Shown: piece by piece, positions 8,564 through 18,031 of the stretch
How positions within the stretch are numbered: the stretch's first letter is position 1
Layout: every line of letters starts with the position of its first letter
Assembly (NCBI RefSeq): GCF_000179635.2
Contig: NC_014833.1
Location: 3,540,001-3,572,000 of the forward strand
Source of the DNA: Ruminococcus albus 7 = DSM 20455
Lineage (GTDB): Bacteria; Bacillota; Clostridia; Oscillospirales; Ruminococcaceae
Reading direction: 5' to 3'
DNA length: 32,000 nt
The notes under the pieces: generated by a model
Told to the model about the DNA's origin: nothing
The model's input: only the letters and a program-made list of their open reading frames with translations
Database searches by the model: none
Position numbers and translations under genes: made by a program

Positions 8564-9598
8564 ATGTTGGAAAACTACAGCTCAAATGCCACCACAGCCA
8601 AGATAAGGGCTAAATATGCCCAGCTTTTCACGATAGATGATTACCGTGAACTGGCGGCACTGAGAACTGTCCCCGAGGCGGCGGAATACTTATCGCGGTC
8701 AGTGAGGTTCAGGGAAGCCTTTGCGGAGGTAGACCCCAACACAGTACACCGCGGATTTCTGGAAGAACTGATATACAGAGAGAACTTCCGCACATATATA
8801 AGGCTGTGCAAATTCCAAGGGCTTGACAAAGAACCCTTCTTCGGGTTTCTTATAAGGCGCAGTGAGATAGACTGCATACTTTCGATAATCAACCGGATAA
8901 ACTCATCGCTGGACAGGACTTTCCTGCCGGATCTGCCGGGATATCTTATAAAGCATCTTACGATACCCGTTATGGAACTCAGTCTTTCGCAGACCTACGA
9001 TGATCTTGTCGCAGGGCTGAAGGGCACACGTTATGCCAGGGTATTGAAGAAAATACCTGTGCGTGATGACGGCAAAGCCGATTATACCGAGTGTGAGCTG
9101 AGGCTGAGGTCTGATTATTATGCGGAGCTTCTTGAACAGGCGGACAAGGAGTTCGCGGGAGTAGTTTCAGAAGAGCTGAAAACTATGATACTGCGTGAGA
9201 TAGACTGCCGCAATATCATAAATGCCTACCGTATGAAATCCTACTTCGGGTATTCCCCCGAGGAGATAAAGCGAAGGTCGCTGAATTTTTACGGCATAGG
9301 CAAAAAGAATATGGAAAGGCTGTATGATGCAGCCGATCCCGAGACCATGATGGATATGGTAAATCATACCATCTACGGAAAAAATTCACCCGATACCGAC
9401 AATATCGAGGTAGAGATAAACAGCGTGAAGATACGAAGGCTGAGGCATTACCTTACGGGCAGCACCCATGCACCCGTTGCGCTGTATGCTTTCATAATCC
9501 TTTGCGACATTGAAGCTTCCAACCTGGTGCATATCATAGAGGGCATCAGGTACGGCGTTGAGGCTGCTACCATTGAATCGCAGCTGATAACGCTTTGA
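8564..9598 (+). CDS. ntpC: V-type ATPase subunit C (V0 d-like)
   Basis: ~344 aa. Position and size fit the subunit C/d family, and the sequence repeats helical modules. ATG at 8564 follows GGGGG by 8 nt. Confidence 0.75.
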   Translation: MLENYSSNATTAKIRAKYAQLFTIDDYRELAALRTVPEAAEYLSRSVRFREAFAEVDPNTVHRGFLEELIYRENFRTYIRLCKFQGLDKEPFFGFLIRRSEIDCILSIINRINSSLDRTFLPDLPGYLIKHLTIPVMELSLSQTYDDLVAGLKGTRYARVLKKIPVRDDGKADYTECELRLRSDYYAELLEQADKEFAGVVSEELKTMILREIDCRNIINAYRMKSYFGYSPEEIKRRSLNFYGIGKKNMERLYDAADPETMMDMVNHTIYGKNSPDTDNIEVEINSVKIRRLRHYLTGSTHAPVALYAFIILCDIEASNLVHIIEGIRYGVEAATIESQLITL

Positions 9599-9633
9599 TA
9601 TCTTCACGATGAAAGGAGTGCGAACACCTTAAT

Positions 9634-11586
9634 ATGGCAATTGAAAAAATGGCGCTTGTCAATATCATAGGCAGATTTGAGGATCTGGATGAGACCCTTA
9701 TACGCTGCTGCGACAGCGGGTGCTTCCATATCGAGCCTGCTTTCAGGAACGAAGCAAATTCCACGGTAAAGCTGCTGAATGAGAAGAACCCCTTCGGAGT
9801 GCCGCTCAAAGAATTTGCATCCCTTGCCACAGAGATGGGCATTGAGCTTAAAGAAACTCAGGGGACGAGATTCAACGGGTGGACAGCGGAACAGTTCAAT
9901 GAGCTTTCCGAAAATATCGACAGCGAGATAAACGAAAAGAACAGCGAAAGACAGGCTCTCGCAAAAGAGGTATCCGATCTGGAGGCTGCAGTGCTGCAGG
10001 TAGATCACCTGCGGGGCATGAACAGCGATTTCAGCAAGATATTCGCCTGTAAGCACACTGCCTGCCGCATAGGACGTATGCCTGCGGATAATTTGGCAAA
10101 GCTGCAGTACTATGACCAGACTTTCTTCTTTGTCCCCTTTGAAACGACAAAGGATTTCTGCTGGGGAATGTATTTCTGTGCAGAGAGCGACAAGGAACTG
10201 GTGGACAGTATATTCCGCTCCATGTTCTTTGAAAGGATACGTCTGCCCGACTACGTGACGGGCAACACCGATGAGGCTCTTAAAAAGCTGGACAGCCAGA
10301 TAAAGGAAAAGAAAGCCAAAACAGAGGCTCTCGACAAGGAACTGGCAGCCCTTGCGAAAAAGCATGATGCTACTATACTGGAAGCATACACAGCACTTAA
10401 AAAGCGGTATGACATCTTCGAGCTGAGAAGAAAAGTCGGTGCGGTAAAGGAGAAGTTCTATATAAAGGGCTTTGTACCAAAAAAGCAGGCTGATAAGTTC
10501 TCTGAGAAGTTCGGGGATATGGATGAGGTCGAGGTAGTACTTCTGCCGCCCGATGCGGACGCATACGTAACTCCCCCGACGGTGCTGAAAAACAGCTGGT
10601 TCACAAGACCATTCGCCATGCTGGTGGAGATGTACGGTCTGCCAAAGTATAACGGATTCAACCCCACAGCCTTCGTGGCGATAACCTATACACTGCTGTT
10701 CGGTATAATGTTCGGTGACCTGGGACAAGGTCTACTGCTGTTTCTCGGCGGACTGATACTTGGCAGAAAGAGCAAGCAGGCGGGCGGCATCGTTGCAAGA
10801 TGCGGTCTTTCAAGTATGATATTCGGTACGCTGTACGGCTCGGTATTCGGATTTGAAGAACTTCTCGACCCGATATACGAAAGCTTCGGGATCGACTTCC
10901 TGCCACTGAAGATATTCAAGCAGTCAACTTTCATACTGCTGACCGCAGTAGGCATAGGTATATTCCTGATACTGGTATCAATGCTGATAAACATATATAT
11001 CGGATTCAAGGAAAAGAATTACGAAAAAGCGATATTCGGATGCAACGGCATCGCAGGTCTTGTCTTCTACGCATCGGTATGCACAGGTGTTATATGCACC
11101 ATAATGCTGAAGATAGAAGTCATGTCACTTCCTTTCAAGATATTCCTGATAGCGATACCGCTGATATGCATATTCTGCCGCGTACCCTTCTCGATAGCTG
11201 TGAAGTACAAGAAGTGGAAGCTTTCAGAAGACGAGGAGGATATGACCATAGGCGGATTCATCGTGGAGAATTTCTTCGAGATGTTTGAATTCCTGCTGAG
11301 TTACGTTTCAAACACCATGTCCTTCCTGAGAGTTGGCGGTTTCGTGCTTTCTCACGCAGGCATGATGATGGTCGTAATGACACTGATGAATATGGCAAAT
11401 TCCTTTGCCATGAAGCCTGTGACACTGGTTATAGGCAACCTGTTCGTAATGGCTATGGAGGGCATGATAGTAGCGATACAGATAATCCGTCTGGAATTCT
11501 ACGAAGTGTTCTCAAGATTCTACGAGAGCGATGGCAAGGAGTTCGTACCTATGAGTGTAAGCTTCGATACCGAAGTAAATATATAA
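9634..11586 (+). CDS. ntpI: V-type ATPase subunit I (a-like, 650 aa)
   Basis: N-terminal soluble coiled-coil half plus a C-terminal polytopic membrane half. Contains the conserved LSYVSNTMSFLRVGGFVLSHA segment, whose essential Arg is typical of a/I subunits. Confidence 0.9.
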   Translation: MAIEKMALVNIIGRFEDLDETLIRCCDSGCFHIEPAFRNEANSTVKLLNEKNPFGVPLKEFASLATEMGIELKETQGTRFNGWTAEQFNELSENIDSEINEKNSERQALAKEVSDLEAAVLQVDHLRGMNSDFSKIFACKHTACRIGRMPADNLAKLQYYDQTFFFVPFETTKDFCWGMYFCAESDKELVDSIFRSMFFERIRLPDYVTGNTDEALKKLDSQIKEKKAKTEALDKELAALAKKHDATILEAYTALKKRYDIFELRRKVGAVKEKFYIKGFVPKKQADKFSEKFGDMDEVEVVLLPPDADAYVTPPTVLKNSWFTRPFAMLVEMYGLPKYNGFNPTAFVAITYTLLFGIMFGDLGQGLLLFLGGLILGRKSKQAGGIVARCGLSSMIFGTLYGSVFGFEELLDPIYESFGIDFLPLKIFKQSTFILLTAVGIGIFLILVSMLINIYIGFKEKNYEKAIFGCNGIAGLVFYASVCTGVICTIMLKIEVMSLPFKIFLIAIPLICIFCRVPFSIAVKYKKWKLSEDEEDMTIGGFIVENFFEMFEFLLSYVSNTMSFLRVGGFVLSHAGMMMVVMTLMNMANSFAMKPVTLVIGNLFVMAMEGMIVAIQIIRLEFYEVFSRFYESDGKEFVPMSVSFDTEVNI

Positions 11587-11610
11587 CAGATAATTTTGGA
11601 GGTTTTGGTT

Positions 11611-12057
11611 ATGCTTAAAATCATGTTGCTGCCCCTGGCAGCTGTAGTACTGCTGACAGTACCTTTTATACTTATGGCTAAGAAGATAAAGACAGGCGAA
11701 AAGTCTGCAAAAGCAGCTTTCATCGGTAATCTCTGCACATTTGCAGGCATCATGCTGGTGGGTATGATAGTGCCTTTCACCGATCTGGTAGCATTTGCGG
11801 CATCTGAAGGCTCTACCGTCAAGGAAGCACTCACAACAGGTGCAGGTCTCGGTTATCTGGCTGCAGGTCTTTCCGTTGGTCTTTCATGTATAGGATCTGG
11901 TATCGCCGTTGGTTCGGGCGCACCTGCCGCTATCGGTGCTACTTCCGAGGATCCCAAGAACTTCGTTAAGGCTCTGATCTTCGTCGTACTGGGTGAAGGT
12001 ATCGCGCTGTACGGTCTGCTGATATCCATACTGATAATCTCTAACATCGGCGGCTAA
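11611..12057 (+). CDS. ntpK: V-type ATPase proteolipid subunit K
   Basis: Four predicted TM helices. Gly-rich helix GLSCIGSGIAVGSGAPAAIGA and carboxylate helix VLGEGIALYGLL. ATG at 11611 follows GGAGG by 8 nt. Confidence 0.85.
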   Translation: MLKIMLLPLAAVVLLTVPFILMAKKIKTGEKSAKAAFIGNLCTFAGIMLVGMIVPFTDLVAFAASEGSTVKEALTTGAGLGYLAAGLSVGLSCIGSGIAVGSGAPAAIGATSEDPKNFVKALIFVVLGEGIALYGLLISILIISNIGG

Positions 12058-12061
12058 GATC

Positions 12062-12370
12062 ATGAAGTTCTATTTGCTCAGCGATAACATAGATACCCTT
12101 ATGGGTATGCGTCTGGCGGGCATAGAGGGAAAAGTCGTACATGGTACGCAGGAGGTCTCCGCGGCGCTGGACGAAGCTATGGCGATGAAGGACGTGGGCA
12201 TAATACTTATGACCGAGATAGCACTGAAGCAGTGCCCCGAAAAGGTCATGAACTACAAGCTCACACGCGCTGAACCGCTTATAGTCGAGATACCTGACAG
12301 ACACGCCACGGCAAACATCTCCGATACTATATCAAAGTATCTGGCTGAGGCTGTTGGCATCAAGCTGTAG
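12062..12370 (+). CDS. ntpF: V-type ATPase subunit F
   Basis: 102 aa. Sequence MKFYLLSDNIDTLMGMRLAGIEG...IILMTE matches the F-subunit pattern. Ends in TAG, the only TAG terminal stop I read among the ORFs called here. Confidence 0.8.
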   Translation: MKFYLLSDNIDTLMGMRLAGIEGKVVHGTQEVSAALDEAMAMKDVGIILMTEIALKQCPEKVMNYKLTRAEPLIVEIPDRHATANISDTISKYLAEAVGIKL

Positions 12371-12387
12371 ATCGATCGGAGGATACA

Positions 12388-12981
12388 ATGACAGATCAGA
12401 CACAAAAGCTGGAAAAATTCAAGCAGGCAGTATTCAATGAAGCTGCCGCAAAGGCTGACGAGATAATAAAGGAGACCGAGCAGCATTGCAGCGGTATACT
12501 GGCGCAGGCTGAGGCTGAGGCCAGAAAATTCGTCAGCGAGAGCAGAGCTAAAGCTGAAAAGGAATATAAAGAAACTTCACAGCGCACCGAGTCAGCAGGA
12601 CGGCTGGAACTGCGCAGAAAGCTGCTGAACGCAAGACAGGAGGTCGTCGACAAGGTGTTCTCCAACGTGCGCGAAAAGCTGGAAGCTTTCAGGGAGAGCG
12701 CCGCTTATGAAAGACTGCTTGTAAAACGGGCAGAGGAGTGCGCAGCTGCTTATCCCGGCAAAAGGGGCGAAGTGCGCGTAGCGGCAGCTGATATGAAATA
12801 CGCTGCCAAGCTTACCTGCGGCGGCAGGTTCACTGTATGCGAGAGCGGGAACATACTGCTTGGGGGCATCATGGTGGTATTCCCCGAGGACAATCTTGCT
12901 CTTGACTGCACTTTCGATAATGAATTTGACAGACAGAAGAGCGGCTTTGCAGGAAAAGCAGGGCTTGTTTTTGATATGTAA
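12388..12981 (+). CDS. ntpE: V-type ATPase subunit E
   Basis: 197 aa. Long N-terminal charged helix (AEAEARKFVSESRAKAEKEYKE...) and a globular C-terminus. GGAGGA RBS. Confidence 0.8.
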   Translation: MTDQTQKLEKFKQAVFNEAAAKADEIIKETEQHCSGILAQAEAEARKFVSESRAKAEKEYKETSQRTESAGRLELRRKLLNARQEVVDKVFSNVREKLEAFRESAAYERLLVKRAEECAAAYPGKRGEVRVAAADMKYAAKLTCGGRFTVCESGNILLGGIMVVFPEDNLALDCTFDNEFDRQKSGFAGKAGLVFDM

Positions 12982-13017
12982 ACTATTGGCAGAGTCCACA
13001 TAAAGGGCGTGAATAAA

Positions 13018-14787
13018 ATGAGTACGGAAACAATGGATAAGATATATTCGGTCAACGGACCTGTCGTTACGGTCCGCGATACCAAGAGCTTTGCCATGCA
13101 GGAAATGGTATTCGTGGGCGAAAAGCGTCTGATCGGTGAGGTCATTCGTGTCAGCGCAAAGGAAACTACCCTGCAGGTATACGAAACTACTACGGGTCTT
13201 AAACCGGGAGAGCCTGTTTACGGCACCGGTGCGCCTATGGCTGCAACACTGGGCCCAGGTATACTTGACAATATGTTCGACGGTATCGAAAGACCGCTGA
13301 AAAAGCTGGAAGAAATAAGCGGTGCGTTCATATCCGAGGGTGCGAACGTTCCTGCGCTTGACCCCAAGCGCAAGTTCGATGTTACGGTGACGGTTAAGAG
13401 AGGCGATATACTTCGTCCCGGCGAGATATATGCCACCTGCCCCGAAACAGCGCTTATAACACACAAGTGTATGCTCTCGCCTTTTTCAAAGGGCGGAAAG
13501 GTCGTATGGACGGCTGTTACGGGCAAGTATAACGTTAACGATGTGGTAGTAAGGCTGCATGATGAATACGGCAGAGAAGAAGAACTTACCCTCTGCCAGA
13601 AATGGCCTATAAGGACTCCACGTCCCTGCGCTGAAAGAATGCCTATGTCAAGACCGCTGATAACAGGTCAGCGTATAATAGATACGGTAGTACCCGTGGC
13701 TAAGGGCGGCACTGCCGCTATCCCGGGAGGATTCGGTACAGGCAAGACCATGAACCAGCACCAGATAGCAAAATGGTGCGATGCGGATATAATCGTATAC
13801 GTTGGCTGCGGCGAGCGCGGCAACGAGATGACTCAGGTACTTGAGGAATTCAGCGAACTGATAGACCCAAAGACACAGCGTCCCCTGACAGACAGAACTA
13901 CCATGATAGCAAACACCTCGAATATGCCTGTTGCGGCAAGAGAGGCTTCCATATACACAGGTATCACTCTGGCAGAGTATTACAGGGATATGGGCTATCA
14001 TATAGCAATAATGGCGGATTCGACTTCACGTTGGGCTGAGGCACTGCGTGAGATATCGGGTCGTCTGGAAGAAATGCCCGCTGAGGAAGGCTTCCCTGCT
14101 TATCTGCCCTCCCGTATATCGGAATTCTATGAGAGAGCAGGCTATGTAAAGACCCTTGGCGGTTCTGAGGGCTCTGTTACCATAATCGGTGCGGTATCTC
14201 CCCAGGGTTCGGATTTCTCCGAGCCTGTAACACAGAACACCAAGCGTTTCGTAAGATGTTTCTGGGCACTGGATAAGGCACTTGCCTATGCAAGACATTA
14301 TCCTGCCATAAACTGGAACACCAGCTATTCGGAGTATATCGACGATCTCTCCGCTTACTACAAAAACAACGTCGCCCCGGATTTCATGGAGGTAAGACAG
14401 CAGATATCAAATATCCTTGTTGAGGAAAACAGCCTGATGGAGATAGTAAAGCTGATGGGTACGGATGTACTCCCCGACGATCAGAAGCTGCTGATAGAAG
14501 CAGCAAGAGTAGTCAGAGTAGGATTCCTCCAGCAGAACGCTTACCACAAGGACGATACCTATGTACCCCTTGAAAAGCAGTACCGCATGATGAAGGCTAT
14601 ACTGCGCTTCTTTGATCTTTCAAAGGAGGCACTGGCAAAGGGCGTTGCTATCGACAGGATAATGTCAAACGGCTGGGCTGACAAGCTCATAAAGATAAAG
14701 TACGATATCCCCAATGACAAGCTTGGTATGTTCGATGACTACGAGAGGGATATGAACGAATGGTACAAGAACGCGGAGGTGGTCTGA
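13018..14787 (+). CDS. ntpA: V-type ATPase catalytic subunit A
   Basis: Walker A motif GGFGTGKT, plus CGERGNEM and [22 protein letters not shown]. Typical ~590 aa. The start is uncertain between 13009, 13018 and 13033. Confidence 0.95.
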   Translation: MSTETMDKIYSVNGPVVTVRDTKSFAMQEMVFVGEKRLIGEVIRVSAKETTLQVYETTTGLKPGEPVYGTGAPMAATLGPGILDNMFDGIERPLKKLEEISGAFISEGANVPALDPKRKFDVTVTVKRGDILRPGEIYATCPETALITHKCMLSPFSKGGKVVWTAVTGKYNVNDVVVRLHDEYGREEELTLCQKWPIRTPRPCAERMPMSRPLITGQRIIDTVVPVAKGGTAAIPGGFGTGKTMNQHQIAKWCDADIIVYVGCGERGNEMTQVLEEFSELIDPKTQRPLTDRTTMIANTSNMPVAAREASIYTGITLAEYYRDMGYHIAIMADSTSRWAEALREISGRLEEMPAEEGFPAYLPSRISEFYERAGYVKTLGGSEGSVTIIGAVSPQGSDFSEPVTQNTKRFVRCFWALDKALAYARHYPAINWNTSYSEYIDDLSAYYKNNVAPDFMEVRQQISNILVEENSLMEIVKLMGTDVLPDDQKLLIEAARVVRVGFLQQNAYHKDDTYVPLEKQYRMMKAILRFFDLSKEALAKGVAIDRIMSNGWADKLIKIKYDIPNDKLGMFDDYERDMNEWYKNAEVV

Positions 14788-14788
14788 G

Positions 14789-15943
14789 TTGAATATTAAA
14801 TATATCGGTCTCAGCGAGATAAACGGACCTCTGGTAGTTCTTGACAAATGTAAGAACGTAAGCTATGACGAGATAGCCGATATCGAGCTGGACAACGGCA
14901 CCCACCGTCTGGCGCGTGTTGTTGAGGTATACGAGGATAAGGCAGTACTGCAGGTATTCGAGGGCACCAAAGGGCTCTCACTGAAAAATACCACCACAAG
15001 CTTTGAGGGCAGACCCATGGAACTCCCCCTTTCGGACGAGATGCTGGGACGTATCTTCAACGGTGCAGGCAAGCCTATTGACGGTCTTGGCGATATAGTT
15101 GCAGAGGAGAGCCGCGATATCAACGGCGAACCGCTTAACCCCGTATCCCGTGTATACCCCAGGAACTATATAAATACAGGTATATCGTCTATAGACGCAC
15201 TTATGACCCTGATAAGAGGTCAGAAGCTGCCTATATTCTCAGGCTCGGGACTTTCACACAACAAACTGGCTGTACAGATAGTACGTCAGGCTAAGATAGC
15301 TGATGAAGCAGGTCAGGATTTCGCGGTAGTATTCGGTGCTATGGGCGTTACCAATGACGTTGCTGACTATTTCCGCAGAAGCTTCGAGGAAACAGGCGTT
15401 CTGCAGAGAGTTGCCATGTTCCTGAACCTTTCAAACGACCCTATCATCGAGCGTATACTTACTCCCAGATGCGCACTTACCTGCGCTGAGTATCTGGCAT
15501 TCAAGAAGAATATGCATATCCTCGTCATACTGACAGATATGACTTCATACGCGGAAGCACTCCGTGAGTTCTCATCCTCAAAGGGTGAGATACCGGGAAG
15601 AAAGGGCTATCCGGGATACCTTTATTCCGACCTTGCTTCTATCTATGAAAGGGCAGGCATCGTAAAGGGTGCAAACGGTTCTGTTACACAGATACCCATA
15701 CTCACCATGCCTAATGACGATATCACCCACCCTGTCCCCGACCTTACGGGATATATAACCGAGGGTCAGATAGTACTGGACAGAAACCTTGATGCTACAG
15801 GCGTATATCCGGGCGTTGCCATACTGCCCAGCCTTTCAAGACTTATGAAAGACGGCATAGGCGAGGGCTATACCCGTGAAGACCACCAAATGTGCGCTAA
15901 CCAGCTGTTTGCGGCTTATGCTAAGGTACAGGATGCGCGTTAG
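14789..15943 (+). CDS. ntpB: V-type ATPase subunit B, as terminated by an in-frame TAG at 15941-15943 (384 aa; about 78 aa short of full length)
   Basis: TTG start after GGAGGTGG. Conserved B-subunit segments ([48 protein letters not shown]). The ORF stops inside the conserved AYA...AR-x-LA..IGEE block. Confidence 0.9.
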   Translation: MNIKYIGLSEINGPLVVLDKCKNVSYDEIADIELDNGTHRLARVVEVYEDKAVLQVFEGTKGLSLKNTTTSFEGRPMELPLSDEMLGRIFNGAGKPIDGLGDIVAEESRDINGEPLNPVSRVYPRNYINTGISSIDALMTLIRGQKLPIFSGSGLSHNKLAVQIVRQAKIADEAGQDFAVVFGAMGVTNDVADYFRRSFEETGVLQRVAMFLNLSNDPIIERILTPRCALTCAEYLAFKKNMHILVILTDMTSYAEALREFSSSKGEIPGRKGYPGYLYSDLASIYERAGIVKGANGSVTQIPILTMPNDDITHPVPDLTGYITEGQIVLDRNLDATGVYPGVAILPSLSRLMKDGIGEGYTREDHQMCANQLFAAYAKVQDAR

Positions 15944-16180
15944 CTGGCTTCCGTTATCGGTGAGGAAGAACTTACTGCCACCGATAAGGCATACCTCAGA
16001 TTCGGTGAACTGTTTGAAGCACATTTTATAGACCAGGGATTTGAAACGAACCGTTCAATAGAAGAGACTCTTGACCTCGGCTGGAAACTGCTTTCGTCAC
16101 TGCCGAGAACAGAACTTGACAGAGTTGATGATGAACACCTGAACAAGTTCTATGACCCTGAGAATGCGTTTACCCAGTAA
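15944..16180 (+). pseudogene. ntpB: In-frame continuation of ntpB after the TAG. 78 codons encode the conserved B-subunit C-terminus and end at TAA 16178-16180.
   Basis: My translation: LASVIGEEELTATDKAYLRFGELFEAHFIDQGFETNRSIEETLDLGWKLLSSLPRTELDRVDDEHLNKFYDPENAFTQ*. Same frame as 14789-15943. I saw no ATG, GTG or TTG near its 5' end that could restart translation. Confidence 0.8.
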
Positions 16181-16198
16181 CCTTGAAGGAGGATCTGT

Positions 16199-16408
16199 AT
16201 GTCATCATATGAGATCATAAAAATGGCTTTTGCTGTCGCAGCAGTCATTTTAGGAGTCGGTATGCTTATTAAGCCCGAAAAATACCTTAAAAAGGGCAGT
16301 GAGGGCAGTGAAGCTGATATAAGCAAGTATCGCAAAGTAGGTACTATTGTCACTGTGGTCGGTATACTGGCCGTATTGCTGAATATCGTACTTATAGTTA
16401 AATACTGA
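16199..16408 (+). CDS. Small two-TM membrane protein (69 aa) embedded between ntpB and ntpD
   Basis: Strong RBS GAAGGAGGA 5-6 nt before the ATG. Two hydrophobic helices flank a charged loop (KPEKYLKKGSEGSEADISKYRK). Confidence 0.55.
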   Translation: MSSYEIIKMAFAVAAVILGVGMLIKPEKYLKKGSEGSEADISKYRKVGTIVTVVGILAVLLNIVLIVKY

Positions 16409-16465
16409 GTTATCATAAAGTAAGCGAGTATCTCGTTTCTTATTTCCGAAAGGAGTGAAAAAGCT

Positions 16466-17113
16466 TTGGCTGTACAGCAGGTGTTCCCCACGAAGGGTAA
16501 CCTCATAGCAACTAAGAAAAATCTCCAGCTTGCGGCACTGGGCTATGAACTTCTCGACAGAAAGCGCAATATCCTTATACGTGAGATAATGACGCTGGTC
16601 GAAAAAGCCAAGGAACTCAGAAGCTCCATAGAAGATACCTATAAGGAAGCCTATGAGATGCTGAAACTGGCTAATATGTCAATGGGTGTTATAACCCCCT
16701 ATGCGGAGTGTATGCCCGTAGAGGATGGTATTGAACTTTCCTCCAAGACTGTTATGGGTGTGGAACTGCCTAAGGTCATTTTCCACGAAACGCCCCGCGA
16801 GGTCTGCTATGGGTTCTCACGTACAGATTCACAGCTTGACAGAGCGTTCATCGCATTTGAAAAAGTCAAGAAACTTACTGTGACACTGGCAGAAGTTGAG
16901 AACAGCATATACAGACTTTCTGTGGCAATAAAGAAAACTCAGCGCAGAGCAAATGCTCTGCAGAATATCATAATACCGCGCTATACCGATACTGTAAAGT
17001 TCATCGCGGATTCTCTGGAAGAAAAAGACAGAGAAGAATTCTCGCGTATGAAGGTGATAAAGGCGGTAAAACTTAAAAAGGAAAACGAGAACAACACGGA
17101 GGAACGACATTGA
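16466..17113 (+). CDS. ntpD: V-type ATPase subunit D
   Basis: The N-terminus PTKGNLIATKKNLQLAALGYELLDRKRNILIREI is the canonical D-subunit start. TTG start with AGGAG upstream. Confidence 0.9.
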   Translation: MAVQQVFPTKGNLIATKKNLQLAALGYELLDRKRNILIREIMTLVEKAKELRSSIEDTYKEAYEMLKLANMSMGVITPYAECMPVEDGIELSSKTVMGVELPKVIFHETPREVCYGFSRTDSQLDRAFIAFEKVKKLTVTLAEVENSIYRLSVAIKKTQRRANALQNIIIPRYTDTVKFIADSLEEKDREEFSRMKVIKAVKLKKENENNTEERH

Positions 17114-17706
17114 ACAAACTAAAAAAAGCATTCAGCGGTTTTGCAGTGCTTTCCATATTCTGTATAGTAATGGGTATCGCACTGATCATTGATCCGAACA
17201 TATTCACTAGAGTGGTAGGACTTGTAGTAGGCGGTTTGATCGCCGCTATGGGAGCTGCATCGCTGATAAATTACTTTATACGCGCAAATACCGATCCCGA
17301 GAACGCTAGTGGGCTTGTTAGCGGTGTTATACTGGTGATATCAGGCGTATTCATAATGGTAAGACCGGATTTTATCCCGAAGGTCATAGCCTTCGTATTC
17401 GGTGCATATATGCTGATAAGCGGTATCACAAATATACAAGGCGCTATGCAGCTGAAGCATAATAACAGTCCCCGCTGGACAAAGGCTATGCTGACAGCTG
17501 TACTTACTGCACTGACAGGCATACTGCTGGTGATCAATCCCCTGCTGCTTGCCGATGTTACTTTCAGGCTGCTGGGTATATGCCTGCTGGTATCGGGTCT
17601 GACTAATATAGGCGGAAGCCTGCTGACAGGCAGAAACAAGCCCGATGAAGGATCCTATAAAATGGATGGCCGCAGCGACGGACAGAAATTCATTGATATC
17701 GACTGA
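17110..17706 (+). CDS. HdeD/DUF308-like six-TM membrane protein, translationally coupled to ntpD
   Basis: Its TTG start overlaps the ntpD TGA (TTGA at 17110-17113). Has repeated Gly-rich TM hairpins (GGLIAAMGAASLINYF, GVILVISGVFIMV, GAYMLISGITNI, GICLLVSGLTNIGG) as in HdeD-family proteins. Confidence 0.65.
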   Translation: MNKLKKAFSGFAVLSIFCIVMGIALIIDPNIFTRVVGLVVGGLIAAMGAASLINYFIRANTDPENASGLVSGVILVISGVFIMVRPDFIPKVIAFVFGAYMLISGITNIQGAMQLKHNNSPRWTKAMLTAVLTALTGILLVINPLLLADVTFRLLGICLLVSGLTNIGGSLLTGRNKPDEGSYKMDGRSDGQKFIDID

Positions 17707-17712
17707 TACGAT

Positions 17713-17740
17713 AAGCAGTCCCGCGTGGACTGCTTTTTTT
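17713..17740 (+). terminator. Rho-independent terminator of the V-ATPase operon
   Basis: GCAGTCC-cgcgt-GGACTGC followed by TTTTTTT. Confidence 0.8.
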
Positions 17741-17759
17741 GTGCTGTGCCGCGTACAAT

Positions 17760-17795
17760 ATATAGCGAAACACAATATATTGTGTTTCGCTATAT
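17760..17795. promoter_or_regulatory. 36-bp perfect palindrome whose core (17770-17785, ACACAATATATTGTGT) matches the NrdR-box consensus
   Basis: ATATAGCGAAACACAATA|TATTGTGTTTCGCTATAT reads identically on both strands. NrdR-box consensus as I recall it: acaCwAtATaTwGtgt. Confidence 0.55.
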
Positions 17796-17960
17796 GCCTA
17801 TCTTCAAATCGTGGATTTTTTAACAATGTGCCCGCAGAACCCTGAAAAGCGCTGTATCGCAGCAGAACGCATAGCAGTTCATACAAAAATATGAATATGC
17901 ATTCGTAAACTATGCCAAAAAAGACACCGTGTTATTGTGCAAATTTCCGTGGTAAAAGAC

Positions 17961-17989
17961 TTGACAAATACAATATCTTGTGATATGAT
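17961..17989 (+). promoter_or_regulatory. Near-consensus sigma-A promoter of the NrdD-like mini-gene, with an NrdR-box-like site (17968-17983) in the spacer
   Basis: TTGACA (17961-17966), 17-nt spacer, TATGAT (17984-17989) with TG at -15/-14. The spacer ATACAATATCTTGTGA matches 13/16 of the NrdR-box consensus. Confidence 0.6.
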
Positions 17990-18031
17990 AATAAACGTAC
18001 TACAATATAATGAAGAAAAGAGGAAAGAAAC

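Noticed and set aside
9604-10728. 374-aa minus-strand ORF
   Set aside because: It lies entirely antisense to ntpI, which has strong family features. It is Cys/His-rich, has no RBS, and has no recognisable domain.
12592-13464. 290-aa minus-strand ORF spanning the ntpE/ntpA junction
   Set aside because: It is antisense to two well-supported V-ATPase genes. It has no RBS and no recognisable motifs.
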